Positions 8,966 through 17,525 of a stretch of 42,778 nt of DNA are shown piece by piece. Numbering within the stretch: position 1 is the stretch's first letter; each line of letters begins with the position of its first letter. The DNA lies in IMG/VR virus record IMGVR_UViG_2541047878_000002, positions 1-42,778 of that record; one strand, written 5' to 3'. The notes beneath the pieces are model-generated. The model was not told where the DNA came from, made no database searches, and saw nothing but the letters and a program-made list of their open reading frames with translations. The translations under genes were made by a program, and so were the position numbers. The DNA is from a virus. Its lineage: Duplodnaviria; Heunggongvirae; Uroviricota; Caudoviricetes.

Positions 8966-9271
8966 TCAATCGTAATAAGCTGGAATTGATTTTCTGCGTT
9001 GTTTCTGGCGACCAACACAAGTCACACCCATTTCACTGCGTGGCTTGCGGTAGTAAATACGGTTCTGTTTACTCTCGACTTCTTCTGCCTTCTTGCAGCG
9101 AAGGTTTCCGAGTGATGCTGCTTTATCTGCTCTGACGCAACCAGAGAGCTTTAGCGCAATTTTTCGCGCCAGTCGCTGCTCTTGCATTGCCTGTTCACGT
9201 TGAGCCTGTCTGCGTGCTCTGCGGCGATTTCTGGTGTTATCGTCAGCCAGATATGTAATGACTACTGTCAT
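8966..9271 (-). CDS. N: N-like transcription antiterminator
   Basis: 101 aa from ATG at 9271; arginine-rich motif NRRRARRQAQREQA near N-terminus; C-terminus RIYYRKPRSEMGVTCVGRQKQRRKSIP resembles lambda N C-terminus (…TWYSKPGERGITCSGRQKIKGKSIPLI); cognate nutL/nutR present. Confidence 0.8.
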   Translation of the reverse strand: MTVVITYLADDNTRNRRRARRQAQREQAMQEQRLARKIALKLSGCVRADKAASLGNLRCKKAEEVESKQNRIYYRKPRSEMGVTCVGRQKQRRKSIPAYYD

Positions 9272-9311
9272 GTTGACCTCCGGGAAGGTACACATCCTTG
9301 TGTGTCGATGA

Positions 9312-9431
9312 TTATTTGTTTTTGCGTTCCCACATCCAGTCATCTACTTCAGACCAGATGGTGAAACCGAAGCCGATGGCGAATGTGGTAACTAAACCAC
9401 CGAGAATTGGGTTGGTAATGATGTCTAACAT
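9312..9431 (-). CDS. Small hydrophobic peptide (39 aa) in the N leader
   Basis: MLDIITNPILGGLVTTFAIGFGFTIWSEVDDWMWERKNK; GAGGA SD 7 nt upstream of ATG; translated by hand (below ORF-track threshold). Confidence 0.35.
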   Translation of the reverse strand: MLDIITNPILGGLVTTFAIGFGFTIWSEVDDWMWERKNK

Positions 9432-9603
9432 TTTCTGTTCCTCAGATGATTAGCTTTGGTGGTGTGGTCGGTGGGAGACCCATTTCGACCCGCTTCGTCC
9501 GACTTCAATTCGGCAATAGTCCCGCAGGCCTCGCCGCTTTACGTGCGACATATTCCCGTCCATGAACCCTTCACCACACCCCAAAGCCAACTGCTCTTTG
9601 GTT

Positions 9604-9643
9604 CCCGCATTTCGGCGGGACAATCCCATCAATGTTAAAGAGC
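9604..9643 (-). promoter_or_regulatory. nutL (boxA gctctttaaca + boxB hairpin cccgc-cgaaat-gcggg)
   Basis: boxA and boxB read on the minus strand are identical to those found downstream of cro (nutR); boxA matches the rrn-type boxA consensus. Confidence 0.6.
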
Positions 9644-9684
9644 CTGCCAATCTGTTCCGTTTGGCTTCCAGCGTCCTGCTGATG

Positions 9685-9775
9685 GCTTAAATTTAAGATC
9701 TCTTTAATTAATGGTCAAGAGTATTTTTGAAGAAAACTTAAATTTTCTTTCGTAACTTAAGTTTTGCTTTGATTT
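9685..9775 (-). promoter_or_regulatory. OL/pL region with P22-type operators
   Basis: operator ATTTAAG-atct-CTTTAAT at 9691-9708 shares half-sites with OR1; further operator-like sites at 9736-9772; candidate pL -35 ttgacc (rc of 9713-9718) and -10 taaatt (rc of 9689-9694). Confidence 0.5.
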
Positions 9776-9783
9776 TTAAAGGA

Positions 9784-9807
9784 AATAAAAAAAGGGGCGA
9801 ATGCCCC
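9784..9807 (-). terminator. Intrinsic terminator downstream of the repressor gene
   Basis: minus-strand RNA GGGGC-auuc-GCCCC followed by UUUUUUUAUUU, immediately after the c2 stop. Confidence 0.5.
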
Positions 9808-9808
9808 C

Positions 9809-10459
9809 TTATGGAAGGTTTGCTAGTTTTGCATCGACAACTACGCCGATGATTTTGCAGTTTCCGTTGATCTCGATCATCGGATATTGTGGGTTAAGTG
9901 GTTTTAGAAACTTCCTGCCTGCATCAATAACTAACTTCTTGAAAGTTGCCTCGTTTTCTCCTTCGAGCTTTGCAACTACCAGTTTCCCGTTACGCGGCTC
10001 TACTTCAGGATCGACGAGTATTATCATTCCTTCAGGGATACTGAGACCGGCCGGAGCCGTCATTGAGTCTCCCTTCACGTCCAACCAAAACGAATCTTCT
10101 GAACAGTCTACGGTTGTATCGTACCAGTTATCTATTGCACGCTTATGATATGGTTCTACAGCTTCCATCCAGCATCCTGCGCTCACCCAGCTAATCAGAG
10201 GGTATGACCCTCTTGGATCATGCCTACTGTGATAGGCAATGTTTGAAAGACTTTCCTCTCCTTTCATCAGATAGTCAGGGGAACACTTCAACGCATTAGC
10301 CAGGGCGAGAAGATTCTCTCCATTTGGCTCTGTCTCAGAGCGTTCCCACTGAGATATGGCAACATTAGACACGCCGACCATCTTTCCAAGTGCGGCCTGT
10401 CTGATCTTGAGTTCTTTTCTCCGAGCGCGAATGCGCTCTCCCATCAATTGAGTTTTCAT
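9809..10459 (-). CDS. c2: Prophage repressor, P22 C2 type (LexA-like S24 autopeptidase fold)
   Basis: 216 aa, near-identical to recalled P22 C2 (MNTQLMGERIRARRKKLKIRQAALGKMVGVSNVAISQWERSETEPNGENLLAL…); HTH N-domain plus C-terminal S24-like domain. Confidence 0.95.
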   Translation of the reverse strand: MKTQLMGERIRARRKELKIRQAALGKMVGVSNVAISQWERSETEPNGENLLALANALKCSPDYLMKGEESLSNIAYHSRHDPRGSYPLISWVSAGCWMEAVEPYHKRAIDNWYDTTVDCSEDSFWLDVKGDSMTAPAGLSIPEGMIILVDPEVEPRNGKLVVAKLEGENEATFKKLVIDAGRKFLKPLNPQYPMIEINGNCKIIGVVVDAKLANLP

Positions 10460-10539
10460 AGTTAAGACATCTTAAATAAACTTGACTTAAGATTCCTTTA
10501 GTGGATAATTTAAGTGTTCTTTAATTTCGGAGCGAGTCT
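10460..10539. promoter_or_regulatory. OR operators with divergent PRM/PR
   Basis: three 18-bp operators of pattern A(N)TTAAG-N4-CTT(T/A)A(A/G)T at 10460-10477, 10485-10502, 10508-10525; PR -35 TTGACT 10482-10487, -10 GATAAT 10504-10509 (16-bp spacer). Confidence 0.7.
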
Positions 10540-10725
10540 ATGTACAAGAAAGATGTTATCGACCACTTCGGAACCCAGCGTGCTGTAGCTAAAGCGTTAG
10601 GCATTAGCGACGCAGCAGTCTCTCAGTGGAAGGAAGTCATCCCAGAGAAAGACGCCTATCGACTGGAAGTCGTTACAGCTGGCGCCCTGAAGTATCAAGA
10701 AAGCGCTTACCGCAAAGCGGCATAA
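10540..10725 (+). CDS. cro: Cro repressor, P22 type
   Basis: 61 aa MYKKDVIDHFGTQRAVAKALGISDAAVSQWKEVIPEKDAYRLE… matches recalled P22 Cro. Confidence 0.9.
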   Translation: MYKKDVIDHFGTQRAVAKALGISDAAVSQWKEVIPEKDAYRLEVVTAGALKYQESAYRKAA

Positions 10726-10732
10726 GCAAATT

Positions 10733-10774
10733 GCTCTTTAACAGTCATGGTCCTCATTCCCGCCGAAATGCGGG
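10733..10774 (+). promoter_or_regulatory. nutR (boxA gctctttaaca 10733-10743; boxB cccgc-cgaaat-gcggg 10759-10774)
   Basis: identical boxA/boxB to nutL, between cro and cII. Confidence 0.65.
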
Positions 10775-10833
10775 AATACAACGCGCATAAGTTGATGCGC
10801 ATAACTTCTTATTTGTTAAGGAAATACTTACAT

Positions 10834-11127
10834 ATGGTTCGTGCAAACAAACGCAACGAGGCTCTAAGAATCGAGAGTGCGTTGCTTAACAAAATCGCAA
10901 TGCTTGGAACTGAGAAGACAGCGGAAGCTGTTGGAGTTGATAAGTCGCAGATCAGCAGGTGGAAGAGGGACTGGATTCCAAAGTTCTCAATGCTGCTTGC
11001 TGTTCTTGAATGGGGCGTCGTTGACGACGATATGGCTCGATTGGCACGACAAGTTGCTTCGATTCTCACCAACAAAAAACGCCCGGCGGCAACCGAGCGT
11101 TCTGAACAAATCCAAATGGAATTTTAA
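10834..11127 (+). CDS. cII: CII transcriptional activator, lambda type
   Basis: 97 aa MVRANKRNEALRIESALLNKIAMLGTEKTAEAVGVDKSQISRWKRDWIPKF… matches recalled lambda CII; ORF-track entry 10747..11127 trimmed to this ATG. Confidence 0.9.
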   Translation: MVRANKRNEALRIESALLNKIAMLGTEKTAEAVGVDKSQISRWKRDWIPKFSMLLAVLEWGVVDDDMARLARQVASILTNKKRPAATERSEQIQMEF

Positions 11128-11149
11128 TAACATCCAACGAGGTAATTAT

Positions 11150-11422
11150 ATGCGAAACAAAGGCTTTAATCCACCTGATACACACAAAGAAGCTAAGCGT
11201 TTGCGCTTCCTTCGTTCCATTGATGAAAGAACTCAAATCTCTTTTGTGAAAGTTGCCAGAACTGAGCTTCTGAAGGCTGAGGCGAGGGCGTTGCTCCCGT
11301 CCCTACCAAAAGAGGAGGGATATACGTTCATTCCAAACGCATTTCTGGAAAAGCTGCTCAAAGAAGACATATCCGTAAGTCAGTTTAACGATGTTCTTAA
11401 GGTCTTTCGTCAAGGCAGGTAG
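11150..11422 (+). CDS. Hypothetical protein between cII and O
   Basis: 90-aa ORF from ATG 11150 (in-frame internal start of ORF-track entry 10877..11422, which otherwise overlaps cII). Confidence 0.45.
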   Translation: MRNKGFNPPDTHKEAKRLRFLRSIDERTQISFVKVARTELLKAEARALLPSLPKEEGYTFIPNAFLEKLLKEDISVSQFNDVLKVFRQGR

Positions 11423-11424
11423 TT

Positions 11425-12372
11425 ATGAGCAATACAGCAAAAATCTACGATTTCAGCGCCGCACACGAGCGCAGGAGCAACAGGATGGAGAACCAGAAAA
11501 CTGGTTACATTCCGTTGTACCGGAGCATTCTGAAACAGTCATGGGCGAAAGATGTTTATCTTCGCACCCTGTGGGAAAACCTTCTCCTGAATGCCGCCAG
11601 AAAGCCATACAAAGCGAATTTCAAAGGTCATGAATGGCATCTGCAACCCGGTCAACTGGTTGTGACAGCAGCTGATTTAGGTCTTCAGTTATGCGACAGG
11701 CATGGCAAGCCGGCAAGCCGTGATCAGGTTGAGCGGATGCTTCAGGTTTTTGTGAAAGAGGGGATGATCTCCATTGATGGAGAGAAGCAAAAAGGTCGTG
11801 TGATCACCATCACAAATTACCATGAATACGCTCAAAAAATGGACAATTCACCCGCACATGAAGCCGCACAAACAACCGCACATGATGCCGCACATGACGA
11901 AGCCAGCAATGGCGCGGCTTTCAGAGTACATGCCGCACATGAAAGCGCACATGAAGCCGCACAAACAACCGCACATCATGAACAAGAAGGTATTAACAAG
12001 AATATAAATAATACCCCCCTACCCCCCAATGGGGGAGGCGATGGGCAGGTTAAACCTGAACGTCGCAAGGCAGAACGAATCGACTACGAATCCTTCCTGA
12101 ACGCCTACAACACCGAAGTCGGTGACAGACTTCCACACGCTGTTGCGGTCAACGAGAAACGCAAACGCCGCCTGAAGAAAATCATCCCGCAACTGAAAAC
12201 GCCAAACGTGGACGGTTTCAGAGCGTATGTCAGGGCGTTTGTGCATCAGGCCAAGCCGTTTTACTTCGGAGACAACGACACGGGCTGGACAGCTGATTTT
12301 GATTACCTGCTGAGGGAAGATTCGTTAACGGGAGTTCGGGAAGGGAAGTTTGCAGACAGGGGGATTGCATGA
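11425..12372 (+). CDS. Replication initiator (O-like) containing the origin iterons
   Basis: 315 aa; position upstream of DnaB-type helicase; central His/Ala-rich repeats encoded by direct DNA repeats followed by an AT-rich stretch, as in lambda O/ori. Confidence 0.7.
   Translation: MSNTAKIYDFSAAHERRSNRMENQKTGYIPLYRSILKQSWAKDVYLRTLWENLLLNAARKPYKANFKGHEWHLQPGQLVVTAADLGLQLCDRHGKPASRDQVERMLQVFVKEGMISIDGEKQKGRVITITNYHEYAQKMDNSPAHEAAQTTAHDAAHDEASNGAAFRVHAAHESAHEAAQTTAHHEQEGINKNINNTPLPPNGGGDGQVKPERRKAERIDYESFLNAYNTEVGDRLPHAVAVNEKRKRRLKKIIPQLKTPNVDGFRAYVRAFVHQAKPFYFGDNDTGWTADFDYLLREDSLTGVREGKFADRGIA
11851..11982 (+). repeat. Origin iteron array inside the O-like gene
   Basis: about 8 direct repeats of roughly 12 bp (consensus CCGCACATGA(A/T)G), followed by AT-rich 11983-12015 and a C6/G5 palindromic element near 12015-12040. 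Confidence 0.55.
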
Positions 12373-13745
12373 GACAGGATATCGAAGCGAGCGTTATCGG
12401 TGGCCTGCTGATTGGTGGATTAACTCCAACCGCCAGTGACGTTCTGGCAACGCTTGAGCCGGAAGCGTTTTCAATTCCGCTCTACCGGAAAGCCTTCGAG
12501 GTTATCCGCAAGCAGGCGAGAAACAGAAACCTAATCGACGCGCTGATGGTTGCCGAGGCGTGCGGAGAGGAGCATTTCACGTCAATCCTGATGACCAGTA
12601 AGAACTGCCCGAGTGCCGCAAACCTGAAGGGATATGCCGGAATGGTCGCGGATAACTATCACCGCCGTCTGGTGCTGGAAATCATGGATGAAATGCGTGA
12701 ACCAATTCAGAGCGGAACCATCGATACATCGAGTCAGGCGATGGACGAGCTTGTAAAGCGTCTTTCAGCCATCAGAAAGCCCCGTGACGAGGTTAAACCT
12801 GTACGGTTAGGGGAAATCATCACTGACTACACTGACACGCTTGACAGGCGTCTGAGGAACGGAGAAGAGTCCGATACCCTGAAGACCGGAATCGAAGAAC
12901 TTGATGCCATCACCGGAGGGATGAACGCGGAAGACCTGGTGATAATCGCCGCTCGTCCTGGTATGGGGAAAACCGAACTGGCGCTGAAGATTGCCGAAGG
13001 CGTGGCAAGCCGCGTTATTCCTGGTTCTGACGTCCGGCGTGGAGTGTTGATTTTCTCGATGGAAATGAGCGCATTGCAGATTGCAGAGCGAAGCATTGCC
13101 AACGCCGGGAGGATGTCGGTTAGCGTACTGCGAAATCCTGCATCGATGGATGACGAAGGCTGGGCGCGTGTTGCTAACGGCATGAGTCAGCTTGCAGATT
13201 TGGATGTATGGGTAGTCGATGCCTCGCGGTTATCGGTCGAAGAAATTCGCTCAATTGCAGAGCGGCACAAACAGGAAAATCCAAACCTGTCACTCATCAT
13301 GGCGGATTATCTTGGCCTGATTGAGAAGCCGAAAGCAGACCGCAACGACCTCGCAATTGCACACATCTCCGGAAGCCTGAAGGCGATGGCGAAAGACCTG
13401 AAAACACCGGTTATCTCCCTGAGTCAGCTTTCGCGCGATGTTGAGAAGCGACCAAACAAACGCCCGACAAACGCAGATTTGCGTGATTCAGGAAGCATTG
13501 AGCAGGACGCGGACTCAATCATCATGCTCTATCGGGAAGCGGTATATGACGAGAACAGTAGCGCCGCGCCATTTGCTGAAATCATCGTGACGAAAAACCG
13601 TTTTGGCTCACTTGGTACGGTTTACCAGCGGTTCTGCAACGGGCACTTTGTTGCATGTGACCAGGATGAAGCCAGACAGATTTGCACAGCATCAAATGCA
13701 CCTGCTGCGCGTGGCAGACGATATGCACAAGGGGCTGACGTATGA
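12369..13745 (+). CDS. DnaB-family replicative helicase
   Basis: 458 aa with Walker A ([15 protein letters not shown]) and DnaB-like C-terminal domain. Confidence 0.9.
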   Translation: MRQDIEASVIGGLLIGGLTPTASDVLATLEPEAFSIPLYRKAFEVIRKQARNRNLIDALMVAEACGEEHFTSILMTSKNCPSAANLKGYAGMVADNYHRRLVLEIMDEMREPIQSGTIDTSSQAMDELVKRLSAIRKPRDEVKPVRLGEIITDYTDTLDRRLRNGEESDTLKTGIEELDAITGGMNAEDLVIIAARPGMGKTELALKIAEGVASRVIPGSDVRRGVLIFSMEMSALQIAERSIANAGRMSVSVLRNPASMDDEGWARVANGMSQLADLDVWVVDASRLSVEEIRSIAERHKQENPNLSLIMADYLGLIEKPKADRNDLAIAHISGSLKAMAKDLKTPVISLSQLSRDVEKRPNKRPTNADLRDSGSIEQDADSIIMLYREAVYDENSSAAPFAEIIVTKNRFGSLGTVYQRFCNGHFVACDQDEARQICTASNAPAARGRRYAQGADV

Positions 13746-13817
13746 CCATCTACATCACTGAGCTAATAGCAGGCCTGCTGGTAATCGCAGGCCTTTTTAT
13801 TTGGGGGAGAGTAAATC

Positions 13818-14024
13818 GTGGTTAAGTTTATGCTCGTCGCACTCAAATGCGTTGGCGTTGGATGGATTCTTCTGACGTTTTTTATTGTTCTGCATAGCTA
13901 CATTCGTCTTGTGAATGACGGTAAAGACCCATGGTATACGTTGTTTGGCGCTGCATTTGCCTGGGTGATTATCGGTGTTATGCCTGTTGTCGTAGCAAAA
14001 ATGGCGTGGCGTTTTGTGAGTTGA
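13818..14024 (+). CDS. Small membrane protein (2 predicted TM helices)
   Basis: 68-aa hydrophobic ORF with GTG start and GGAGAG SD. Confidence 0.4.
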   Translation: MVKFMLVALKCVGVGWILLTFFIVLHSYIRLVNDGKDPWYTLFGAAFAWVIIGVMPVVVAKMAWRFVS

Positions 14025-14041
14025 ACTGAGGGTAAGTATCG

Positions 14042-14362
14042 ATGGCCGAATCAAGAAAGCAGTTTGAAGAAAGTTGGTTGCGACGTGGAGGCGAATCTTC
14101 AGACCTTATCCGTTACCCTGAAAATCACCATGAAATTGGCAGTGGTGATATTGGTGGTCAATACGTGATGGACGATGTTCAAGGCCACTGGCAAACGTGG
14201 CAGGCATCGCGAGCAGCTATTGAAATAACCGCGCCAAAGTTTATCGACAGCAGAGAAGCATTAGCCAAAGGGTTTACTGTTGATTATTCCAATGGCTTCG
14301 GTGATGCAATGGATGCTTATGAGGAAAACATCCGCGCTGCTGGAGTCAAAGTGAAGGAGTGA
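14042..14362 (+). CDS. Hypothetical nin-region protein
   Basis: 106-aa ORF. Confidence 0.45.
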   Translation: MAESRKQFEESWLRRGGESSDLIRYPENHHEIGSGDIGGQYVMDDVQGHWQTWQASRAAIEITAPKFIDSREALAKGFTVDYSNGFGDAMDAYEENIRAAGVKVKE

Positions 14363-14550
14363 GTATGAGTCGACGAAGTAGCTTTTTGGGGTTTGTAATA
14401 TTCCTGTTCTGCACTGGTTACATCGTAATCTGGTCAGTTTCGAACATTGACCGTGGCGGGGAATATCTCATTGTAATGTTCTTTCCTTTGTTTCTTGGGT
14501 GGTACGCCGCAAGGTTGCTGGAAGAATGGGGTTACAGGCATAAAAAATAA
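14359..14550 (+). CDS. Small membrane protein
   Basis: 63-aa hydrophobic ORF overlapping the previous stop. Confidence 0.4.
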   Translation: MSMSRRSSFLGFVIFLFCTGYIVIWSVSNIDRGGEYLIVMFFPLFLGWYAARLLEEWGYRHKK

Positions 14551-14561
14551 AGGAGTATTCA

Positions 14562-14972
14562 GTGAAGCAAACAATCTTCCTCCGAACTAAGCAACAACAG
14601 CAAGCTGCAATAAATGCCATCCTCGCAACACCACTCGATAAAGACAAGCCAGTCACGATCCACATTACTGACTACAAGCGAAATCTTGACCAGAACGCAA
14701 AATTTCACGCGATGCTGGCGGATATCGCTCGTCAGGTTCAATGGTGCGGAAAATGGTTAAAACCGGAACAATGGAAGGTTTTGTTGATCAGCGGTCATGC
14801 AGTGGCAACAAAGCAGGAAGCTGATGTTTTGCCCGGCCTTGAAGGCGAATACGTCAACATTCGCGAAAGTAGCGCGCAGATGAGTGTGAAGCGTATGGCA
14901 AGTCTGATTGAGTACACGACAGCATGGGCTATTGGTCAGGGTGTCAGATTTACCGACAGGAGGTACGAATGA
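14562..14972 (+). CDS. ninB: NinB-like recombination protein
   Basis: 136 aa; motif [26 protein letters not shown] resembles recalled lambda NinB (…SLDQNRKLWACLGDVSRQVEWHGRWL…). Confidence 0.8.
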   Translation: MKQTIFLRTKQQQQAAINAILATPLDKDKPVTIHITDYKRNLDQNAKFHAMLADIARQVQWCGKWLKPEQWKVLLISGHAVATKQEADVLPGLEGEYVNIRESSAQMSVKRMASLIEYTTAWAIGQGVRFTDRRYE

Positions 14973-15151
14973 GACGACAGCGACGAAGTATCACCGACAT
15001 CATCTGCGAAAACTGCAAATACCTTCCAACGAAACGCTCCAGAAATAAACGCAAGCCAATCCCAAAAGAATCTGACGTAAAAACCTTCAATTACACGGCT
15101 CACCTGTGGGATATCCGGTGGCTTAGAGAACGTGCGAGGAAAACAAGGTGA
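14969..15151 (+). CDS. ninE: NinE-like small protein
   Basis: 60 aa [32 protein letters not shown]…; size and position fit NinE; identity from memory. Confidence 0.5.
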   Translation: MRRQRRSITDIICENCKYLPTKRSRNKRKPIPKESDVKTFNYTAHLWDIRWLRERARKTR

Positions 15152-15318
15152 TTGACCCAAATCGAAGTTACGAACAAGAAAGCGTCGAGCGAGCTTTAAC
15201 GTGCGCTAACTGCGGTCAGAAGCTGCATGTGCTGGAAGTTCACGTTTGCTCCGATTGCTGCGCAGAACTGATGAGCGATCCGAATAGCTCAATGTACGAG
15301 GAAGAAGACGATGAATGA
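15148..15318 (+). CDS. ninF: NinF-like small Cys-rich protein
   Basis: 56 aa from GTG overlapping the ninE stop (GTGA): [48 protein letters not shown]…; translated by hand. Confidence 0.4.
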   Translation: MIDPNRSYEQESVERALTCANCGQKLHVLEVHVCSDCCAELMSDPNSSMYEEEDDE

Positions 15319-16033
15319 GTTAATAAATGGCAATGCCATCAAAATGACAAGCATTGAAATCGCTGAGTTGGTTGGTAAGCGTCATGACAATGTGAAACGT
15401 ACCATCGAAACGCTGGCTAAAAATGGTGTTATCCGGCTTCCTCAAATTGAGGTTTCCGAAAGAATCAATAACTTAGGGTTCAATGTTCAGTACGAGCATT
15501 ACGTCTTCGAAGGCGAACAAGGTAAGCGCGACAGCATTGTTGTCGTTGCCCAGTTGTCGCCGGAATTCACGGCTCGCCTTGTTGACCGTTGGCGAGAGCT
15601 TGAAGAAGCTGCGGTTAATATCCCAAAAACGCTACCAGAAGCGTTGCGCCTTGCTGCTGACCTTGCTGAGCAGAAAATGCAACTGGAAAACCAGCTCGCA
15701 ATTGCCGCACCTAAAGTTGAGTTTGCCGATCGCGTTGGCGAGGCCAGCGGAATTTTGATTGGAAACTTTGCAAAGGTTGTTGGAATTGGTCCAAACAAAC
15801 TGTTTGCGTGGATGCGCGATCACAAAATCCTTATTGCTTCAGGTTCCCGGCGCAATGTGCCAATGCAGGAATATATGGATCGCGGCTATTTCACAGTGAA
15901 AGAAACAGCGGTCAACACAAATCACGGAATACAGATATCGTTCACCACAAAAATCACCGGGCGTGGTCAACAGTGGCTGACCAGAAAGCTGCTCGATAAC
16001 GGAATGCTGAAAGTAACAGGGGAGGCTGCTTAA
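15311..16033 (+). CDS. Rha-family phage regulatory protein / antirepressor (KilA-C-type C-terminus)
   Basis: 240 aa; N-terminal Rha-like region and C-terminal antirepressor-like region. Confidence 0.7.
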   Translation: MNELINGNAIKMTSIEIAELVGKRHDNVKRTIETLAKNGVIRLPQIEVSERINNLGFNVQYEHYVFEGEQGKRDSIVVVAQLSPEFTARLVDRWRELEEAAVNIPKTLPEALRLAADLAEQKMQLENQLAIAAPKVEFADRVGEASGILIGNFAKVVGIGPNKLFAWMRDHKILIASGSRRNVPMQEYMDRGYFTVKETAVNTNHGIQISFTTKITGRGQQWLTRKLLDNGMLKVTGEAA

Positions 16034-16323
16034 TGGCTAACCTATGCAAAGAAGCACGCGGCAGAGAATGCCAGGTACGTATTTACGGCGTATGCAATGG
16101 CAATCCTGAAACTACAGTTCTGGCACATTACCGGATGGCTGGAATTTGCGGAACGGGAATGAAGCCTGACGACCTGATCGGCGCATGGGCTTGTAGCGCG
16201 TGTCACGATGAAATCGACCGACGCACCCATAACCTCGACAACAAAGACGCCAGACTTTACCACCTCGAAGGCGTAATCAGGACGCAGGCGGTATTGCTGA
16301 AGGAGGGGAAGGTTAAGTCATGA
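16033..16323 (+). CDS. YbcO-like DUF1364 zinc-binding putative nuclease
   Basis: 96 aa MANLCKEARGRECQVRIYGVCNGNPETTVLAH…ACSACHDEIDRR resembles recalled DLP12 YbcO. Confidence 0.6.
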   Translation: MANLCKEARGRECQVRIYGVCNGNPETTVLAHYRMAGICGTGMKPDDLIGAWACSACHDEIDRRTHNLDNKDARLYHLEGVIRTQAVLLKEGKVKS

Positions 16324-16682
16324 ATGAATATCGGTTTGTGCTTCCATACCCGCCGTCGGTGAATACCTACTGGCGAAGAAGGGGAAGCCAATACTACATC
16401 AGCGATAAAGGCCAGAAATACCGAAAAGATGTACAGCAAATAATCCGCCAACTCAAGTTAGACATTTTCACCAAATCACGACTCCGCATCAAAGTCATCG
16501 CAGACGTTCCAGACTCCCGCCGCCGCGACCTCGACAATATCCTGAAAGGTTTACTCGACTCCCTTATCCACGCCGGATTTGCGGAAGACGACGAGCAATT
16601 CGATGACATTCGCGTAATTCGTGGTGTGAAAGTACCAGGCGGACGGCTTGGAATAAAAATCACCGAACTGGAGAACGCATGA
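16320..16682 (+). CDS. rusA: RusA Holliday-junction resolvase
   Basis: 120 aa with RusA signature …DVPDSRRRDLDNILKGLLDSL…. Confidence 0.85.
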   Translation: MNEYRFVLPYPPSVNTYWRRRGSQYYISDKGQKYRKDVQQIIRQLKLDIFTKSRLRIKVIADVPDSRRRDLDNILKGLLDSLIHAGFAEDDEQFDDIRVIRGVKVPGGRLGIKITELENA

Positions 16683-16867
16683 ACGCCACAATTCAAACGA
16701 TACCAGAGCTTCTTATCCAGACACGAGGCAATCAGACCGAAGTGGCGAGGATGCTTTCCTGCGCAAGAGGAACAGTGCTCAAGTACAACCGAGACAGCAA
16801 AGGTGAGCGTCACATAATAGTTAACGGCGTCCTGATGGTAACGCCAGGAAAAAAGGGAAGGCGATGA
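16679..16867 (+). CDS. ninH: NinH-like protein
   Basis: 62 aa; …GNQTEVARMLSCARGTVLKY… resembles recalled lambda NinH (…GNQTEVARRLKCSRGTVRKY…). Confidence 0.65.
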   Translation: MNATIQTIPELLIQTRGNQTEVARMLSCARGTVLKYNRDSKGERHIIVNGVLMVTPGKKGRR

Positions 16868-17382
16868 GCATAAGAGAACTAAACCTCACCAAAGAACAGC
16901 ACGATTGGCTGAATGGCTGGCTTGAACTGTGGGGCGCATGGGTTTATTCAGGTCGCCTGGAAAAGCGTATGAGCAGCGTAATAGCGAAGTTCATGGAGAG
17001 CGTAGAGCCGGGAAGAGTTATGACAAGGCCAATGTGCAATGATGATGATGGAATGTTGATTTCTCAGGTCGTCGATTCCGTCATGTACATTGACAAGAAA
17101 GCCTTTGGCATCCTCCTCAGCTACTACGCTCATGGTTCATCTAAGCGAGCAATTGCATCCTACTATCACGCGACTGCAAAGCCACGCAAGATGTGTGGAC
17201 GTGGTGGCGAGGGATGGAGAAAACCTTCACTGGCAACCTGTAGAAACGAAATTGACGACATCCTGAAGGCGTCATTATTTGTTTTATACCAGCCAATGCA
17301 AAATGCTTTCAAAATGCGTAAACGTGTTGAGAAAGTTAAGCATGTTGCTGTTAAAAGCCTTGACATGCAATTAGCCATTTAG
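16864..17382 (+). CDS. Putative late-gene antiterminator Q
   Basis: 172-aa Cys-containing protein immediately upstream of a consensus late promoter and the lysis cassette; positional call, family not confirmed. Confidence 0.55.
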   Translation: MSIRELNLTKEQHDWLNGWLELWGAWVYSGRLEKRMSSVIAKFMESVEPGRVMTRPMCNDDDGMLISQVVDSVMYIDKKAFGILLSYYAHGSSKRAIASYYHATAKPRKMCGRGGEGWRKPSLATCRNEIDDILKASLFVLYQPMQNAFKMRKRVEKVKHVAVKSLDMQLAI

Positions 17383-17389
17383 CCATAAT
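17360..17389 (+). promoter_or_regulatory. Candidate late promoter pR'
   Basis: -35 TTGACA (17360-17365), 18-bp spacer, -10 CATAAT (17384-17389), overlapping the 3' end of the Q-like gene. Confidence 0.45.
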
Positions 17390-17403
17390 TAGAGGGTAAG
17401 CTG

Positions 17404-17441
17404 CCGTTAGTGACTCTTAAGTTGCAACGGTGGCTTTTTTT
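17404..17441 (+). terminator. Possible tR'-like terminator
   Basis: ccgtt…gttgcaac…aacgg pairing followed by ggc + T7 run (17435-17441); structure is imperfect. Confidence 0.3.
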
Positions 17442-17445
17442 ATTT

Positions 17446-17520
17446 GGGTCAGTCGTATAAAGGTCATTACGGAAGGCTGTTAACCTTCTTATCGTGGTTC
17501 GAGTCCACGCTGTCCCGCCA
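17446..17520 (+). tRNA. tRNA-like gene, anticodon GUU (Asn), CCA encoded
   Basis: hand-folded cloverleaf: acceptor GGGTCAG/CTGTCCC (one U-U mismatch), D-loop with GG, anticodon stem gaagg/ccttc with loop cuGUUaa, T-arm cgtgg-TTCGAGT-ccacg, discriminator G + CCA. Confidence 0.55.
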
Positions 17521-17525
17521 AACAT

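Noticed and set aside
8691-9020. 109-aa form of the ORF downstream of N
   Set aside because: The extension overlaps the N C-terminus; trimmed to the ATGATG at 8955-8960.
8966-9343. 125-aa form of N with N-terminal extension
   Set aside because: The ATG at 9271 gives an N-terminus like known N proteins and places the arginine-rich motif near the N-terminus.
10747-11127. 126-aa ORF-track form of cII
   Set aside because: The extension covers nutR; the lambda-type CII starts at ATG 10834.
10877-11422. 181-aa plus-strand ORF spanning cII and the next gene
   Set aside because: Out of frame with cII over the overlap; the real product is the 90-aa protein from ATG 11150.
12827-13183. 118-aa minus-strand ORF inside the helicase gene
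   Set aside because: Antisense to a conserved DnaB-type helicase.
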